In this document: positions 1 through 10,074 of the stretch, in pieces
Numbering within the stretch: position 1 is the stretch's first letter
Layout of the letters: each line of letters begins with the position of its first letter
Origin: Halorutilales archaeon Cl-col2-1
GTDB taxonomy: Archaea; Halobacteriota; Halobacteria; Halobacteriales; Afararchaeaceae
Length of the DNA stretch: 64,000 nt
Assembly: GCA_041891055.1 (NCBI GenBank)
Contig: CP169074.1
Location: 1,728,001-1,792,000, forward strand
Direction: 5' to 3'
The notes under the pieces: generated by a model
What the model saw: only the letters and a program-made list of their open reading frames with translations
What the model was told of the DNA's origin: nothing
Databases searched by the model: none
Program-made: the position numbers and the translations under genes

Positions 1-907
1 CGTCGTCCTCGACTGTGAAGAAGACGTGTCCACCTTCGACTGTGACAGGCTCACAGATCACCTCGCCCTCGACTACGTATGACCTCATGTCTTGGGTCTC
101 GCTTGCCCTCGCCTCGGTGAGATGCATGTCGGTTCCCTGGTTCGTCTTGAAGACGCTGAGGCGGTCGACCTCCCCCGTCTCGACGTACGAGTTCGCGCGC
201 CAGACACCGCCGAAGCTTCCTCTCAGACCGTAGACTACCGGACCGTCGGTCTTAGGCACAGCCACGACGCCGTCTACGTTCGTGTCGACTGTGTCCCATG
301 TCTCGGGGTAGGTCTCGGAGTCGGCGACGAAGAAGGAGTCGTAGCCGACCTGTCTCTTCTCGTCCCATCTACCGCGGTTCCTGTAGGCTATTAGCTCGTA
401 GGTGTGGTCAGTACCGGGGTCATCGAGTAGCCCCGGTGCTCCGACCGCCGCTACGGCCCCTATGACACCTCTCCTGTTCTTCCAGCCGTGGGTCTCGACG
501 CCGAACTCTTCGGCTGTCTCTACGGCTTCTTCGAGTCTTCTCACCTTTCTCACAGTCTCGAGTGTGTACTCTCTCAGTCCCTCGGGAATCTTGTCGTCGA
601 CCTCTAACTCCAAGAAGGCGACTCCGGGATTAGTGTCGTCGTCGTCGAAGACCGCCTCTTCTTCGACCTTTTCGAGGACTGTCTCTCTGACTCTCTCGGG
701 CTGATCCGTCTCGACACGGAGGCTGAGACACGCGTTTCCACGTGTCTTGTAGGGTATGTTGGGATTGAGACGTGTGAGGTAACGTCCCTCGACAGTCGCG
801 AAGCCGTCGATCTCCTCGGCGACGACTGTCGCGAGATACGTCGTACACATCCCACGTGTACGTGAGTCGGTGTCGTCGAGTCCGACCACGAGCGTCTTTG
901 TCTCCAT
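1..907 (-). CDS. tiaS: tRNA(Ile2) 2-agmatinylcytidine synthetase, 5' part (runs off window start)
   Basis: Not in the ORF track. Manual translation of the minus strand from 907 gives METKTLVVGLDDTDSRTRGMCTTYLA...TRLNPNIPYKTRGNAC, with the TiaS motifs GxDDTDS, GMCTTY and RLNPNxPxKTRGN. An alternative in-frame ATG lies at 919. Confidence 0.9.
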   Translation of the reverse strand, partial: METKTLVVGLDDTDSRTRGMCTTYLATVVAEEIDGFATVEGRYLTRLNPNIPYKTRGNACLSLRVETDQPERVRETVLEKVEEEAVFDDDDTNPGVAFLELEVDDKIPEGLREYTLETVRKVRRLEEAVETAEEFGVETHGWKNRRGVIGAVAAVGAPGLLDDPGTDHTYELIAYRNRGRWDEKRQVGYDSFFVADSETYPETWDTVDTNVDGVVAVPKTDGPVVYGLRGSFGGVWRANSYVETGEVDRLSVFKTNQGTDMHLTEARASETQDMRSYVVEGEVICEPVTVEGGHVFFTVEDD

Positions 908-1004
908 CTTTTTCCACATCTATGTCTCGCGTAGTCAAAAACACACCGAGAGCCGCCGAGGATTCCGTGCTCCTTTTCACGCGCGGCGTCTTAGCCGAGT
1001 TAAG

Positions 1005-1259
1005 ATGGACTCAGACAGAAGACAGAAGCTCAAGAAGGAGGCTCACGACCTAGACGCGACTCTCCGCGTCGGAAAGAAGGGCGTCGAGAGCGTAGCCGAC
1101 GAGCTCTCGAACCAGCTCGATAACTCAGAGATAGTCAAGGTAAAGTTCCTCAGGTCGGCGAGAGGCATGAAGGAGACGGAGGAGGTCGCCGAGGAACTCG
1201 CCGAAGCCGCCGATGCCAAGTTAGTCGAGACCCGCGGAAACACCGCAGTCTACTACTGA
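1005..1259 (+). CDS. yhbY: YhbY/CRM-domain RNA-binding protein
   Basis: MDSDRRQKLKKEAHDLDATLRVGKKG...EIVKVKFLRS...TRGNTAVYY matches the CRM domain. Start trimmed from ORF 870..1259. Confidence 0.85.
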   Translation: MDSDRRQKLKKEAHDLDATLRVGKKGVESVADELSNQLDNSEIVKVKFLRSARGMKETEEVAEELAEAADAKLVETRGNTAVYY

Positions 1260-1267
1260 CTCCCGTC

Positions 1268-1606
1268 TTACTCGCTGTCGCCGTCTTCGTCTTCCTGCTT
1301 TCCGAGACTGATCCTGATCGACGATAGATTGATCTCCTCGCCATCGTCGTCCTCTATCTGTTCGGTCGATATCTCTATGTCGTCTATGTCGACGTCCGAC
1401 ATGAACCTGCGTCGGAGTATCTCGGCGGTGTCGACTGCGGTAGATATAGCACGCCCTCGGGCTTTGACTGTGACTTCGTCGTTGCCCTCGTTGAAGGCTG
1501 TCATCGTAGCCTGTACGTAGTTCATAGGTGCCTTGTTTCCGACATAGATGATGTCGGAGTCGTCGGCTGTGTCCGTATCTGAGCTGTCGGATGTGCTTTC
1601 AGACAT
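1268..1606 (-). CDS. albA: DNA/RNA-binding protein Alba with acidic tails
   Basis: Alba signature IYVGNKAPMNYV...VTVKARGRAISTAVDTAEILRRRF...NLSSIRISL. Confidence 0.9.
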   Translation of the reverse strand: MSESTSDSSDTDTADDSDIIYVGNKAPMNYVQATMTAFNEGNDEVTVKARGRAISTAVDTAEILRRRFMSDVDIDDIEISTEQIEDDDGEEINLSSIRISLGKQEDEDGDSE

Positions 1607-1705
1607 GTCCGTTCACCGTTATTACCGTCCCGCCCGCGCTCACTTCTATCTTTCCACTTTCCGAACTGCCTTTCGCAACCCTTTTTGCGTGCGGGGATCT
1701 ACCTC

Positions 1706-2015
1706 TAATGGGCTAGCCGGGGTGGTTAGGCGCCACCTGTAACCCGCGAGATCGTCTTTAGCGGGCGGCGAGAAACCCGTGGAGGTCGGGGATGACGTCG
1801 AGGTCCCGGAAGCCGACGTCGACGCCTCGTCCGACGGGGACGGAGGGATAACGGTGCTTTCCGGAGGGAAGGTAGCGTTATTTAGCTGTGGGCAGACGGT
1901 CAGGCGCGGAAGCGAGCAGCCGACCCACTAACATCCGTCGCTCGTCGGGTCGCGGGGCTGAGGAGGCGACCGGACAAACCTCGATGTCGGAACCGGTCGA
2001 TACGGGAGCCCATTA
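1706..2015 (+). ncRNA. ffs: Archaeal SRP (7S) RNA
   Basis: About 310-nt ORF-free GC-rich region. Termini pair (taatgggct 1706-1714 / agcccatta 2007-2015). Helix-8 SRP54-binding motif GGTCAGG-CGC-GGAA-GCG-AGCAGCC at about 1898-1921. T-rich promoter box at about 1681-1687. Confidence 0.9.
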
Positions 2016-2093
2016 CAGTCTATCTACCTACATCGACGGATTCGGCTGCATAGTATAGTTAGCCTCAAGTGGTTATGACGCGATTCTTCCCTA

Positions 2094-3515
2094 ATGGATA
2101 CTCTCGACAGCGACGGTGAGACGGTCTCCCTGTCCGGGTCTTCCGAGGCGTTTCTCGTAAGCCGATCGGTTGAGCTGAGCCTCGGGGACATGTCCACGTC
2201 TGGCTTCCGTGGGTCTACTCGTCTCTTTTTCGACGCCGACCTGTCTGACGACGACGCAACTTCCTTCTTCTGGAGAAGCCGCGGCGCTGACTCCGTATTC
2301 GCCGGAAGGGGTGACTCTGTCTCCGTGGTAGCCGAGGGAAGCCGTAGGTTCGGTGAGATCCGGGACGCCGTCGACGGTATCTTCGAGGACGCCGACGTAG
2401 AGGTCGACGGTCACACAGCGCGTCCGCGACTCTTCGGCGGCTTCTCCTTCCACGATGCACACCACGAGGTGGGGATCTGGGAGGGCTTCCCGTCGGCGAG
2501 GTTCGTACTACCGAGGTACCAGCTCACTTCTACCGACGGCGGCGACTATCTGACTCTCAACGTCTATGGCACCGACGTCGATCCATCTCGGGTGGAAAAC
2601 GAGGCTGATAAGGTACGGCGACAGTTAGAAGACGCTGACACCGACACGTCTGAACTGCAGTCGAGACCCAGAATAGGACGTATACAGAGAGGGACGTCTC
2701 TCCCCGAGTGGAGACGTCAGGTGGGCGACGCACTCAGACGTATAGAGTCGGGAAGTTTAGAGAAGGTCGTACTCTCACAGTTCCTAGAGGTCGACCTCAA
2801 TTCCGATTTCGACGTCACGCGAGACACTCTCAGACTCTCTGAGAAATTCCCCGACTGTTACACGTTCGTCTTCTCGCCCGACGGCGACGCGGGCTTCTTC
2901 GGAGCACCACCCGAGAGACTCGTCTCGGTTGAGGGACGTGAAGTCGAGACGGAGGCGATAGCCGGATCGATAGGCAGGGGCGAGACAGCCGAAGAGGACA
3001 GACGTCTCGGCGACAGGCTCAGAAACAGCCAGAAGGATCTCCATGAACACGCCATAGTCGCCGACACCGTCGTCGAACAGCTCAGTCCTCTCGCGGGCTC
3101 CGTTGAGACCGACGGGATGGAGCTTCTCAAGCTCCGAAACGTCCAACATCTCAGGACTCCGGTACGTGCACGTCTCGACGACTCCGATCACGACATCCTC
3201 ACCGTAGCCGAGGCGCTCCATCCGACCCCTGCGGTAGGCGGTCTCCCGCCCGACGATGCTCTCCGTACTATACGCGAGACAGAGAGCTTCGACCGAGGCT
3301 GGTACGCCGCGCCGGTGGGCTGGGTCGACGCCGACGGAGACGGCTGTTTCGCTGTCGGACTACGGTCGGCAGTCGCTCGGGGGTCGACAGCTAAGCTCTT
3401 CGCAGGCGCAGGGATAGTCAAGGACAGCGACCCCGACGAGGAGTGGGAGGAGGTACAGCTCAAGTATGAGCCGGTTCTGAACCTCTTCAGAGGTGAGGAC
3501 ACTGACACCGCCTAA
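2094..3515 (+). CDS. menF: Isochorismate synthase
   Basis: Chorismate-binding domain motifs KVVLS, PPERL, KDLHEH, LHPTPAVGG, RGWY and FAGAGIV. First gene of the men cluster. Confidence 0.9.
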   Translation: MDTLDSDGETVSLSGSSEAFLVSRSVELSLGDMSTSGFRGSTRLFFDADLSDDDATSFFWRSRGADSVFAGRGDSVSVVAEGSRRFGEIRDAVDGIFEDADVEVDGHTARPRLFGGFSFHDAHHEVGIWEGFPSARFVLPRYQLTSTDGGDYLTLNVYGTDVDPSRVENEADKVRRQLEDADTDTSELQSRPRIGRIQRGTSLPEWRRQVGDALRRIESGSLEKVVLSQFLEVDLNSDFDVTRDTLRLSEKFPDCYTFVFSPDGDAGFFGAPPERLVSVEGREVETEAIAGSIGRGETAEEDRRLGDRLRNSQKDLHEHAIVADTVVEQLSPLAGSVETDGMELLKLRNVQHLRTPVRARLDDSDHDILTVAEALHPTPAVGGLPPDDALRTIRETESFDRGWYAAPVGWVDADGDGCFAVGLRSAVARGSTAKLFAGAGIVKDSDPDEEWEEVQLKYEPVLNLFRGEDTDTA

Positions 3516-5217
3516 CGCCAACATACTCTGGTCGGAGACAGTCGTCGACGAGCTAGTCAAAAACGGGGTCAAGGAGGTCTGTATCTCTCCAGGGAGCCGT
3601 TCGACGCCACTGACATACTCCTTCTCACAGCATCCCGAGGTACGTGTCTACTCACACTTAGATGAGAGGTCGTCGGCTTTCTTCGCGCTCGGAAGGGGAA
3701 AGGCGACTCAGAGACCCACGCCGCTCGTCTGTACGTCGGGAACCGCTGCGGCGAACTTCCATCCCGCAGTCATAGAGGCGGACGAGTCACGTGTACCCCT
3801 CCTCGTTCTCACCGCCGACCGTCCCCCTGAGCTAAGGGACACCGCCGCGAACCAGACGATCGACCAGGAGAAGCTCTACGGTGACTCAGTGCGGTGGTAC
3901 AAGGATGTCGCCGAGCCCGAGGCTGACGACAGAAAGCTCCGGTCGTTACGTGTCACGGTCAGCCGCGCAGTCTCGGAGTCGACTACCGCCGAAAGCGGAC
4001 CTGTCCATCTCAACTTTCCTTTCCGGAAGCCTCTCGAACCTACTGAGGTAGAAGATGAGGTACCCCCTGGCTTCGAGTCGAGAGCCGGAGCCGAGGGACG
4101 TGACACGAGCTATGTCGAGACCTCGCACGGACACAGAAAGCTCGACACCGAAGATCTGCGCGACATAGCCGACACGGTCGAGTCTGCCTCCTCGGGACTC
4201 TTAGTCGTAGGACCTTCCGACACCCTCGACCCCGAAGCCGTCGAGCGTTTCGCCGACTCCGTAGGCTTTGCCGTCGCCGCAGACCCCCTCTCCGGGGTTC
4301 GTTTCTCATCAGACGTGAACGTCTTGGGAGGCTACGACACCCACATAGACCTGATCGAGCCTCCCGAGGTCGTCGTCAGACTCGGCGACGCTCCGACATC
4401 GAAGAGACTCAAGAACTACCTGCGTGACTCCGACGCCGACCAGATAATAGTCAACTCGGCGGGGGAGTACACAGACGCGCGTTTTACAACCCAGAGCCTC
4501 GTAGTCGCCGACCCCAACTTCTTCTGCCGCGAAATTGCGGAGAAGGTGGAGAGATCTCCGGGAGACTGGGAGAGACGTATCCGAGAAAACGAGTCGGAGT
4601 ACTGGGACGCCTTCTCGTCACGCCACGGCTACTTCGAGGGCGGCATACTCCACGAGGTAGCGAGGCTCGTCCCCGACTCCTCGACTGTCTTCGTCTCGAA
4701 CAGCATGCCTGTACGTGACCTCGACAGGTACGGAGAGCCCCGCGACGCCAATGTAGACATCTTCGGAAACAGGGGAGCGAGCGGAATAGACGGCATTACG
4801 AGCACAGCCTTAGGAGTCGGAAGTGCTGTCGACGGCGAACTCGTCCTCGTCACAGGTGACCTCGCCTACTACCACGACACCAACGGACTCCTCGCGGTCA
4901 AGAGATGCGACGTCGACGTTACTGTAGTCGAGATAAACAACGACGGCGGCGGCATCTTCCATATGCTCCCCATCGAGGAGTACGACCCGCCGTTTACTCA
5001 GCAGTTCAAGACACCCCACGGACTCGACTTCGAACACACGACCGACCTCTATGGTCTCGGATTCGAACGTGTCGACGACCTCGACTCTTTCCGCGACGCC
5101 TTCACGCGATCAGTCTCGTCGGATGGCTCGTGTGTCATCGAGGCGGTCACCGACTCCGAGGCGAGCCACCGGAGGCGTGAAGAGGTCACCACCGAGATAC
5201 GTGACGAACTCGGATGA
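3493..5217 (+). CDS. menD: SEPHCHC synthase (ThDP-dependent)
   Basis: Motifs SPGSRSTPL, DERSSAFFALG, CTSGTAAAN, NRGASGIDG and GDLAYYHDTNGL. Confidence 0.95.
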   Translation: MRTLTPPNANILWSETVVDELVKNGVKEVCISPGSRSTPLTYSFSQHPEVRVYSHLDERSSAFFALGRGKATQRPTPLVCTSGTAAANFHPAVIEADESRVPLLVLTADRPPELRDTAANQTIDQEKLYGDSVRWYKDVAEPEADDRKLRSLRVTVSRAVSESTTAESGPVHLNFPFRKPLEPTEVEDEVPPGFESRAGAEGRDTSYVETSHGHRKLDTEDLRDIADTVESASSGLLVVGPSDTLDPEAVERFADSVGFAVAADPLSGVRFSSDVNVLGGYDTHIDLIEPPEVVVRLGDAPTSKRLKNYLRDSDADQIIVNSAGEYTDARFTTQSLVVADPNFFCREIAEKVERSPGDWERRIRENESEYWDAFSSRHGYFEGGILHEVARLVPDSSTVFVSNSMPVRDLDRYGEPRDANVDIFGNRGASGIDGITSTALGVGSAVDGELVLVTGDLAYYHDTNGLLAVKRCDVDVTVVEINNDGGGIFHMLPIEEYDPPFTQQFKTPHGLDFEHTTDLYGLGFERVDDLDSFRDAFTRSVSSDGSCVIEAVTDSEASHRRREEVTTEIRDELG

Positions 5218-5263
5218 GACGGAAACACGAGAGTTTTTGGGCGCGGCTACGGAGTATACTCTA

Positions 5264-6172
5264 ATGGTCTCGGATATATTTGACCCCGAGAGATGGGAGA
5301 CCGTCGATCTCGGACATAAGTTCGACGACATCACATACCACCGTGCCGTAGACCACGGCACCGTACGTATCGCGTTCGACCGTCCCGACGTCAGGAACGC
5401 ATTCCGACCCCAGACGGTCGACGAGCTCTACGACGCTCTTGAACACGCGAAGAGACAGACAGACGTCGGCTGTGTCCTTCTCACGGGCAACGGACCCGCC
5501 GAAGACGGAGGCTGGGCTTTCTGTTCGGGCGGTGACCAGTCGGTGAGAGGCGACTCGGGATACGGATACGGAGATCAAGACGGCGACTCCGATTCCGAAC
5601 CCGAAGACACCTCAGGAACCGGACGTCTCCATATACTCGAAGTCCAGCGTCTCATACGCCACATACCCAAGCCCGTGATCGCTGTCGTCCCGGGATGGGC
5701 GGTCGGAGGCGGACACTCTCTCCACGTCGTCTGTGACATGACTATAGCGAGCGAGGAACACGCCAAGTTCAAACAGACCGACCCCGACGTCGCGTCGTTC
5801 GACGCCGGATTCGGAAGCGCTTACCTCGCCCACCAGGTCGGACACAAGAAGGCGCGCGAGATATTCTTCGTCGGGAAGACCTACTCCGCCGACGAAGCAG
5901 ACGAGATGGGAATGGTCAACGAGACCGTCTCCCACCAAGACCTCGAAGACGTCGCCCTCGACTGGGCGGGAGAGATCAACTCGAAGAGCCCGACTGCGAT
6001 AAGGATGCTCAAGTACGGATTCAACCTCGATACCGACGGCATGGTGGGTCAGCAGGTCTTCGCGGGCGAGGCTACACGTCTTGCCTACATGACCGACGAG
6101 GCGAAGGAAGGAAGGGACGCCTTCCTCGAAGACCGCGACCCCGAGTTCGACGACTTCCCGTGGCATTACTAA
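5264..6172 (+). CDS. menB: 1,4-dihydroxy-2-naphthoyl-CoA synthase
   Basis: Crotonase fold, motifs FCSGGDQ, GWAVGGGHSLHVVCD and SFDAGFGS. Start trimmed to ATG 5264. Confidence 0.95.
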   Translation: MVSDIFDPERWETVDLGHKFDDITYHRAVDHGTVRIAFDRPDVRNAFRPQTVDELYDALEHAKRQTDVGCVLLTGNGPAEDGGWAFCSGGDQSVRGDSGYGYGDQDGDSDSEPEDTSGTGRLHILEVQRLIRHIPKPVIAVVPGWAVGGGHSLHVVCDMTIASEEHAKFKQTDPDVASFDAGFGSAYLAHQVGHKKAREIFFVGKTYSADEADEMGMVNETVSHQDLEDVALDWAGEINSKSPTAIRMLKYGFNLDTDGMVGQQVFAGEATRLAYMTDEAKEGRDAFLEDRDPEFDDFPWHY

Positions 6173-6189
6173 TCTAACCAAGCCAAGGA

Positions 6190-7140
6190 ATGACAGATAC
6201 GAACCCGAAAGACGTCTCGCGCGCCCGTGCCTGGGTCATAGCCGCACGTCCCCACACTTTTCCCGCGGGAGTCGCCCCCGTAGTCGTCGGAACAGGTCTC
6301 GCCCTACACGACGGAGTCTTCGACCCACTCGCCGCACTCGTCGCTCTCGTCTCCGCGCTCCTGATACAGATAGGTGCCAACTTCGCCAACGACTACTACG
6401 ACGCCGTCAAGGGAGCCGACACCGACGAGTCGGAGGGATACACCCGAGTGACACAGCAGGGTCTCATACCTCCCGAGACAGTAAAGAGAGGAACCGCTCT
6501 CACCTTCGGACTCGCATTCTTGATAGGACTCTATCTTGTGAAGGTCGGAGGAGCCGTGATACTCGCCGTCGGAGTCCTCAGCATAATCAGCGGTATAATC
6601 TACACGGGGGGTCCATATCCTATTGGCTACCACGGACTCGGCGACCTCTTCGTCTTCGTCTTCTTCGGTGTCGTAGGGGTCACGGGAACCTACTACGTAC
6701 AGGCGGCGTCGGCGGTCGGTGTCGCTCTCTCTACTGTAGTGCCGCCTCCCGGGACTCTCACATCCGAGGCTGTCGTGGCGAGCCTCGGTGTCGCGGGATT
6801 CGAGACGGGGATTCTCGTCGTCAACAACATACGTGACCTCGAAACCGACGCCCAAGCCGGCAAGAAGACTCTCGCTGTCCTGATCGGCTACACAGCGAGC
6901 CGGTTCGAGTACGGTCTACTCGTAGCTCTGTCGTATGCTGTCCCGCTCTACCTATTCACACGTCCCGACTTCGGCGCGTTCGTACTCCTTCCTTTCCTCA
7001 CAGTCCCCTACGCGATCAGCCTCCTCACGACCGTAGCGACCGAGTCGACCGAGGACGGTCTCAACCCCGCCCTCGAAGGCACAGGAAAGCTACTCGCAGT
7101 CTACTCGGCTCTGTTCGCAGCAGGGATGGTGGTATCTTGA
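6190..7140 (+). CDS. menA: 1,4-dihydroxy-2-naphthoate polyprenyltransferase
   Basis: UbiA family motifs ARPHT, NFANDYYDAVKGAD and NNIRDLETD, multi-TM, in the men operon. Confidence 0.92.
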   Translation: MTDTNPKDVSRARAWVIAARPHTFPAGVAPVVVGTGLALHDGVFDPLAALVALVSALLIQIGANFANDYYDAVKGADTDESEGYTRVTQQGLIPPETVKRGTALTFGLAFLIGLYLVKVGGAVILAVGVLSIISGIIYTGGPYPIGYHGLGDLFVFVFFGVVGVTGTYYVQAASAVGVALSTVVPPPGTLTSEAVVASLGVAGFETGILVVNNIRDLETDAQAGKKTLAVLIGYTASRFEYGLLVALSYAVPLYLFTRPDFGAFVLLPFLTVPYAISLLTTVATESTEDGLNPALEGTGKLLAVYSALFAAGMVVS

Positions 7141-8186
7141 CTTCCCTCGAAGCCGAGTACGCGTGTTTCTCACTCGACCTCAAGAAGCCGCTCTCAACCG
7201 CGAGGGGTGAGATAGAGTCACGCGACGGCTTCCTGATACGACTCACCGACGGAGACTACACCGGATACGGAGAGGCGACTCCCCTGCCACCGTGGACTGA
7301 GACCCACGACGAGGCGGAGAAGGCGGTCTACAGATCCCTCGAAAGTCTCAGTTCGACAGACACCGACGACCTTCGGGAATCCCTTCCGTCACACGAGACC
7401 CCAGGGGCTCGGTACGGTGTGTCTCTGGCACTCGCAGACCTGAGGGCGAAGAGGCGTGGCGTCCCCCTCTATGAGTACCTCGGCGACTCCAACGACGACA
7501 TACGGAGGACTGTACGACTCAACGCCACTGTCGGAGACGCAGACGTTGACGAGACTCTTCGGAGTGTCGGGGGATACGTTGACGACGGATATGCGACTGT
7601 CAAAATAAAGGTCGGATCGAGAGACCTTGACGAAGACATCGAACGCGTGCGCGCCATAGACGACGAGTACGACGTCAAGATACGCGCCGACGCTAACGGA
7701 GGCTGGAGCTACGACGAGGCGTCGGAGTTTGCTGACATACTCTCCGATATCGACTCCTTCGAGTACCTTGAACAGCCTCTCGACGCCGACGACCTAGAGG
7801 GACATTCGAGGATCAGGCGTTCTACTGACTTCGACATAGGCGTCGACGAAAGCCTCATAGACCACTCGGTCAGCGAGATCGTCGAGGAGGAAGCCGCCGA
7901 CTACGCCGTTCTCAAGCCCATGAGTTTCGGAGGGATAGACAAAACCCACGAAGTCGCTCTAAAGGCACGCAGAAATGGCGTTGTTCCTGTCGTCTCGAAC
8001 CTCGTAGAGACAGTCGTAGGACGCTCGGCGGGAGCACACCTCGCCGTGAGTCTACGTGTCGAGACTGCGTGTGGTCTCGGCACCGGAGATATGCTCGCAG
8101 AAGATCTCGCTAAAGACATAGTCGACGAAGGAAGTATACGTCTTTCCGACCAGCCGGGAAACTCGGAGGTGGACTGTGTCTGGTAG
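7137..8186 (+). CDS. menC: o-succinylbenzoate synthase
   Basis: Enolase superfamily motifs KIKVG, DANGGW, EQP, DES and LKP. Overlaps the menA stop. Confidence 0.88.
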   Translation: MTSLEAEYACFSLDLKKPLSTARGEIESRDGFLIRLTDGDYTGYGEATPLPPWTETHDEAEKAVYRSLESLSSTDTDDLRESLPSHETPGARYGVSLALADLRAKRRGVPLYEYLGDSNDDIRRTVRLNATVGDADVDETLRSVGGYVDDGYATVKIKVGSRDLDEDIERVRAIDDEYDVKIRADANGGWSYDEASEFADILSDIDSFEYLEQPLDADDLEGHSRIRRSTDFDIGVDESLIDHSVSEIVEEEAADYAVLKPMSFGGIDKTHEVALKARRNGVVPVVSNLVETVVGRSAGAHLAVSLRVETACGLGTGDMLAEDLAKDIVDEGSIRLSDQPGNSEVDCVW

Positions 8187-9672
8187 TTTCTACGACCTAC
8201 TCGCCCACCGCGCCGAGGCGACGCCCGATAAGACGGCGGTCATAGACGCCGAGACCGACGAGTATCTGAGTTACAGAAACCTCGACAGAAGCGTAGACAT
8301 ACTCGCTCGGAAACTCGGTGAACTCGGTGTCGAGGAAGGCGACCATCTCGGCGTCGTCATGGAGACACGTACCGAGTTTGTCTCTCTCGTCCACGCATCG
8401 ATGCGTCTCAACGCGACTCTCGTACCCATAAACGCGCGTCTCACGCCGCAGGAGGTGAGAAAGAGGGTTGAGGACGCCGATGTCTCTGTCTTAGTCTGTG
8501 ACTCCGAGACTCAGGAGAAGACAGCCGACTGTGACGTGATGATTACAGCCACAGTCGACGAGACATCGATCGAGGGTGTCGTGGAGATCGACTCGGTCTC
8601 AGTCCCCGATACTCCTGATCCTATACGCGTACATAGATGTCACTCCGAGACTGCGTGTATACCCTTCACATCGGGTACGACGGGAGATCCGAAGCCCGTT
8701 GTCCTGAGCTACGGGAACTTCGTAGCGAGTGCGACGGCGTCGGCTTTCCGTCTCGGACATCTCCCCGACGACAGACGTCTTATCTGTCTCCCGATGTACC
8801 ACATGGGTGGTCTCTCACACGTCTTCCGTGCGGCTCTCCACGGCACCGCGGCGGTCGTACAGGAGGGCTTCGACGCCGAGGAGACTGTCGAAAATATCGC
8901 CGAGTACGGCGTAACACAGGTCTCACTCGTCCCCACCACTCTCAGACGTATACTCGACACGGGGATAGACTCCCAACTCGACAGCCTGAGGTACGTTCTC
9001 CTGGGAGGCGCACCCGCCTCGGAGGACCTTCTGAGGGAGTCACGTGAAGCCGGGGTTCGTGTCTGTCCGACTTACGGCATGACTGAGACGGCTTCACAGA
9101 TAGCTACAGTCTCGCCGTACGCGTCCGAGACTGATACTGAGACCGTGGGAGTTGGACGCCCCCTCGTTTCGACACGGATCACGGTACTCGACGAAGACGA
9201 TCAGCCCGTCGAGACGGGTGAGACAGGAGAGATTGTCGTATCGGGTTCCACGGTTACAGAGGGCTACTACGGTCTCCCTGACGAGACGAGTGAGGCGTTC
9301 TGTGAACACGGATTGAGAACCGGAGACCTCGGGTACAGAGACGAGTCAGGTCGTCTCTACGTCGTCGGGAGGAAGGATGAGGTCATCATCACGGGTGGCG
9401 AGAACGTAAATCCCAACGAGGTCACAGAACTCCTCCTCGAACATCCTCGTCTCGAAGACGCCGCAGTCATCGGTGTCGACGATGAGGAGTGGGGGGAGAG
9501 GATCTGTGCGCTCGTAGTGCCTGTCGACGAGGATGAGGTCGACGTAAGGGGATACTGCCGTGAGAGACTCGCGGGCTACAAATGCCCACGTACTGTAGCC
9601 TTCGTGGACGAGATACCACGAACTGAGTCGGGGACTGTCGACAGGGCTGCGGCACGCGGCTTACTCGAATAA
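8176..9672 (+). CDS. menE: o-succinylbenzoate-CoA ligase
   Basis: ANL-family motifs FTSGTTGDPK, YGMTET, RTGDLG and GGENVNP, in the men operon. Confidence 0.9.
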   Translation: MSGSFYDLLAHRAEATPDKTAVIDAETDEYLSYRNLDRSVDILARKLGELGVEEGDHLGVVMETRTEFVSLVHASMRLNATLVPINARLTPQEVRKRVEDADVSVLVCDSETQEKTADCDVMITATVDETSIEGVVEIDSVSVPDTPDPIRVHRCHSETACIPFTSGTTGDPKPVVLSYGNFVASATASAFRLGHLPDDRRLICLPMYHMGGLSHVFRAALHGTAAVVQEGFDAEETVENIAEYGVTQVSLVPTTLRRILDTGIDSQLDSLRYVLLGGAPASEDLLRESREAGVRVCPTYGMTETASQIATVSPYASETDTETVGVGRPLVSTRITVLDEDDQPVETGETGEIVVSGSTVTEGYYGLPDETSEAFCEHGLRTGDLGYRDESGRLYVVGRKDEVIITGGENVNPNEVTELLLEHPRLEDAAVIGVDDEEWGERICALVVPVDEDEVDVRGYCRERLAGYKCPRTVAFVDEIPRTESGTVDRAAARGLLE

Positions 9673-9731
9673 TCCCGACGAAGCCGGTGTGTCGGGTAGT
9701 TTTATGTGGTGTCACGACTATACTCCGACCC

Positions 9732-10070
9732 ATGCAGGAGATAGCCGAGGTGCATATATTTGACGCCGACGAGGCACGCAGTCTGGTCGAGAGGGTCGAG
9801 TCCTCGTATGAGGGGTCTGATATCAGGTTCGAGACCGACGGTGACAGTATAGAATCTTCGGACAGACTCAAGGTACACGCTGACTCATCCACAATGAGGA
9901 CTGACCGCCTTCTCAAGATTGCGTGTCTCGCCTCCGACAGCCGTGAGACGGCACAGTTCATCTTCGACCTCGGATACAGATACGGAAAGGGCGCAGACGT
10001 AGAGGAGTACATAGACGAGGAAGCCTTCGACAAGGGATCGATTGAGTCTCTCATAAGAGAGTCCCAGTAG
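9732..10070 (+). CDS. Hypothetical acidic protein
   Basis: Host-like codon usage, fills the gap between menE and the HD gene. Start trimmed to ATG 9732. Confidence 0.65.
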   Translation: MQEIAEVHIFDADEARSLVERVESSYEGSDIRFETDGDSIESSDRLKVHADSSTMRTDRLLKIACLASDSRETAQFIFDLGYRYGKGADVEEYIDEEAFDKGSIESLIRESQ

Positions 10071-10074
10071 TCGA

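Noticed and set aside
15-980. Several short ORFs (15..233, 92..394, 402..704, 604..855, 630..980)
   Set aside because: They are shadow frames of tiaS, which the track missed because it runs off the window edge.
2094-9672. men operon lacks menH and menI
   Set aside because: Absence from the cluster is usual in haloarchaea, and the genes could lie elsewhere.
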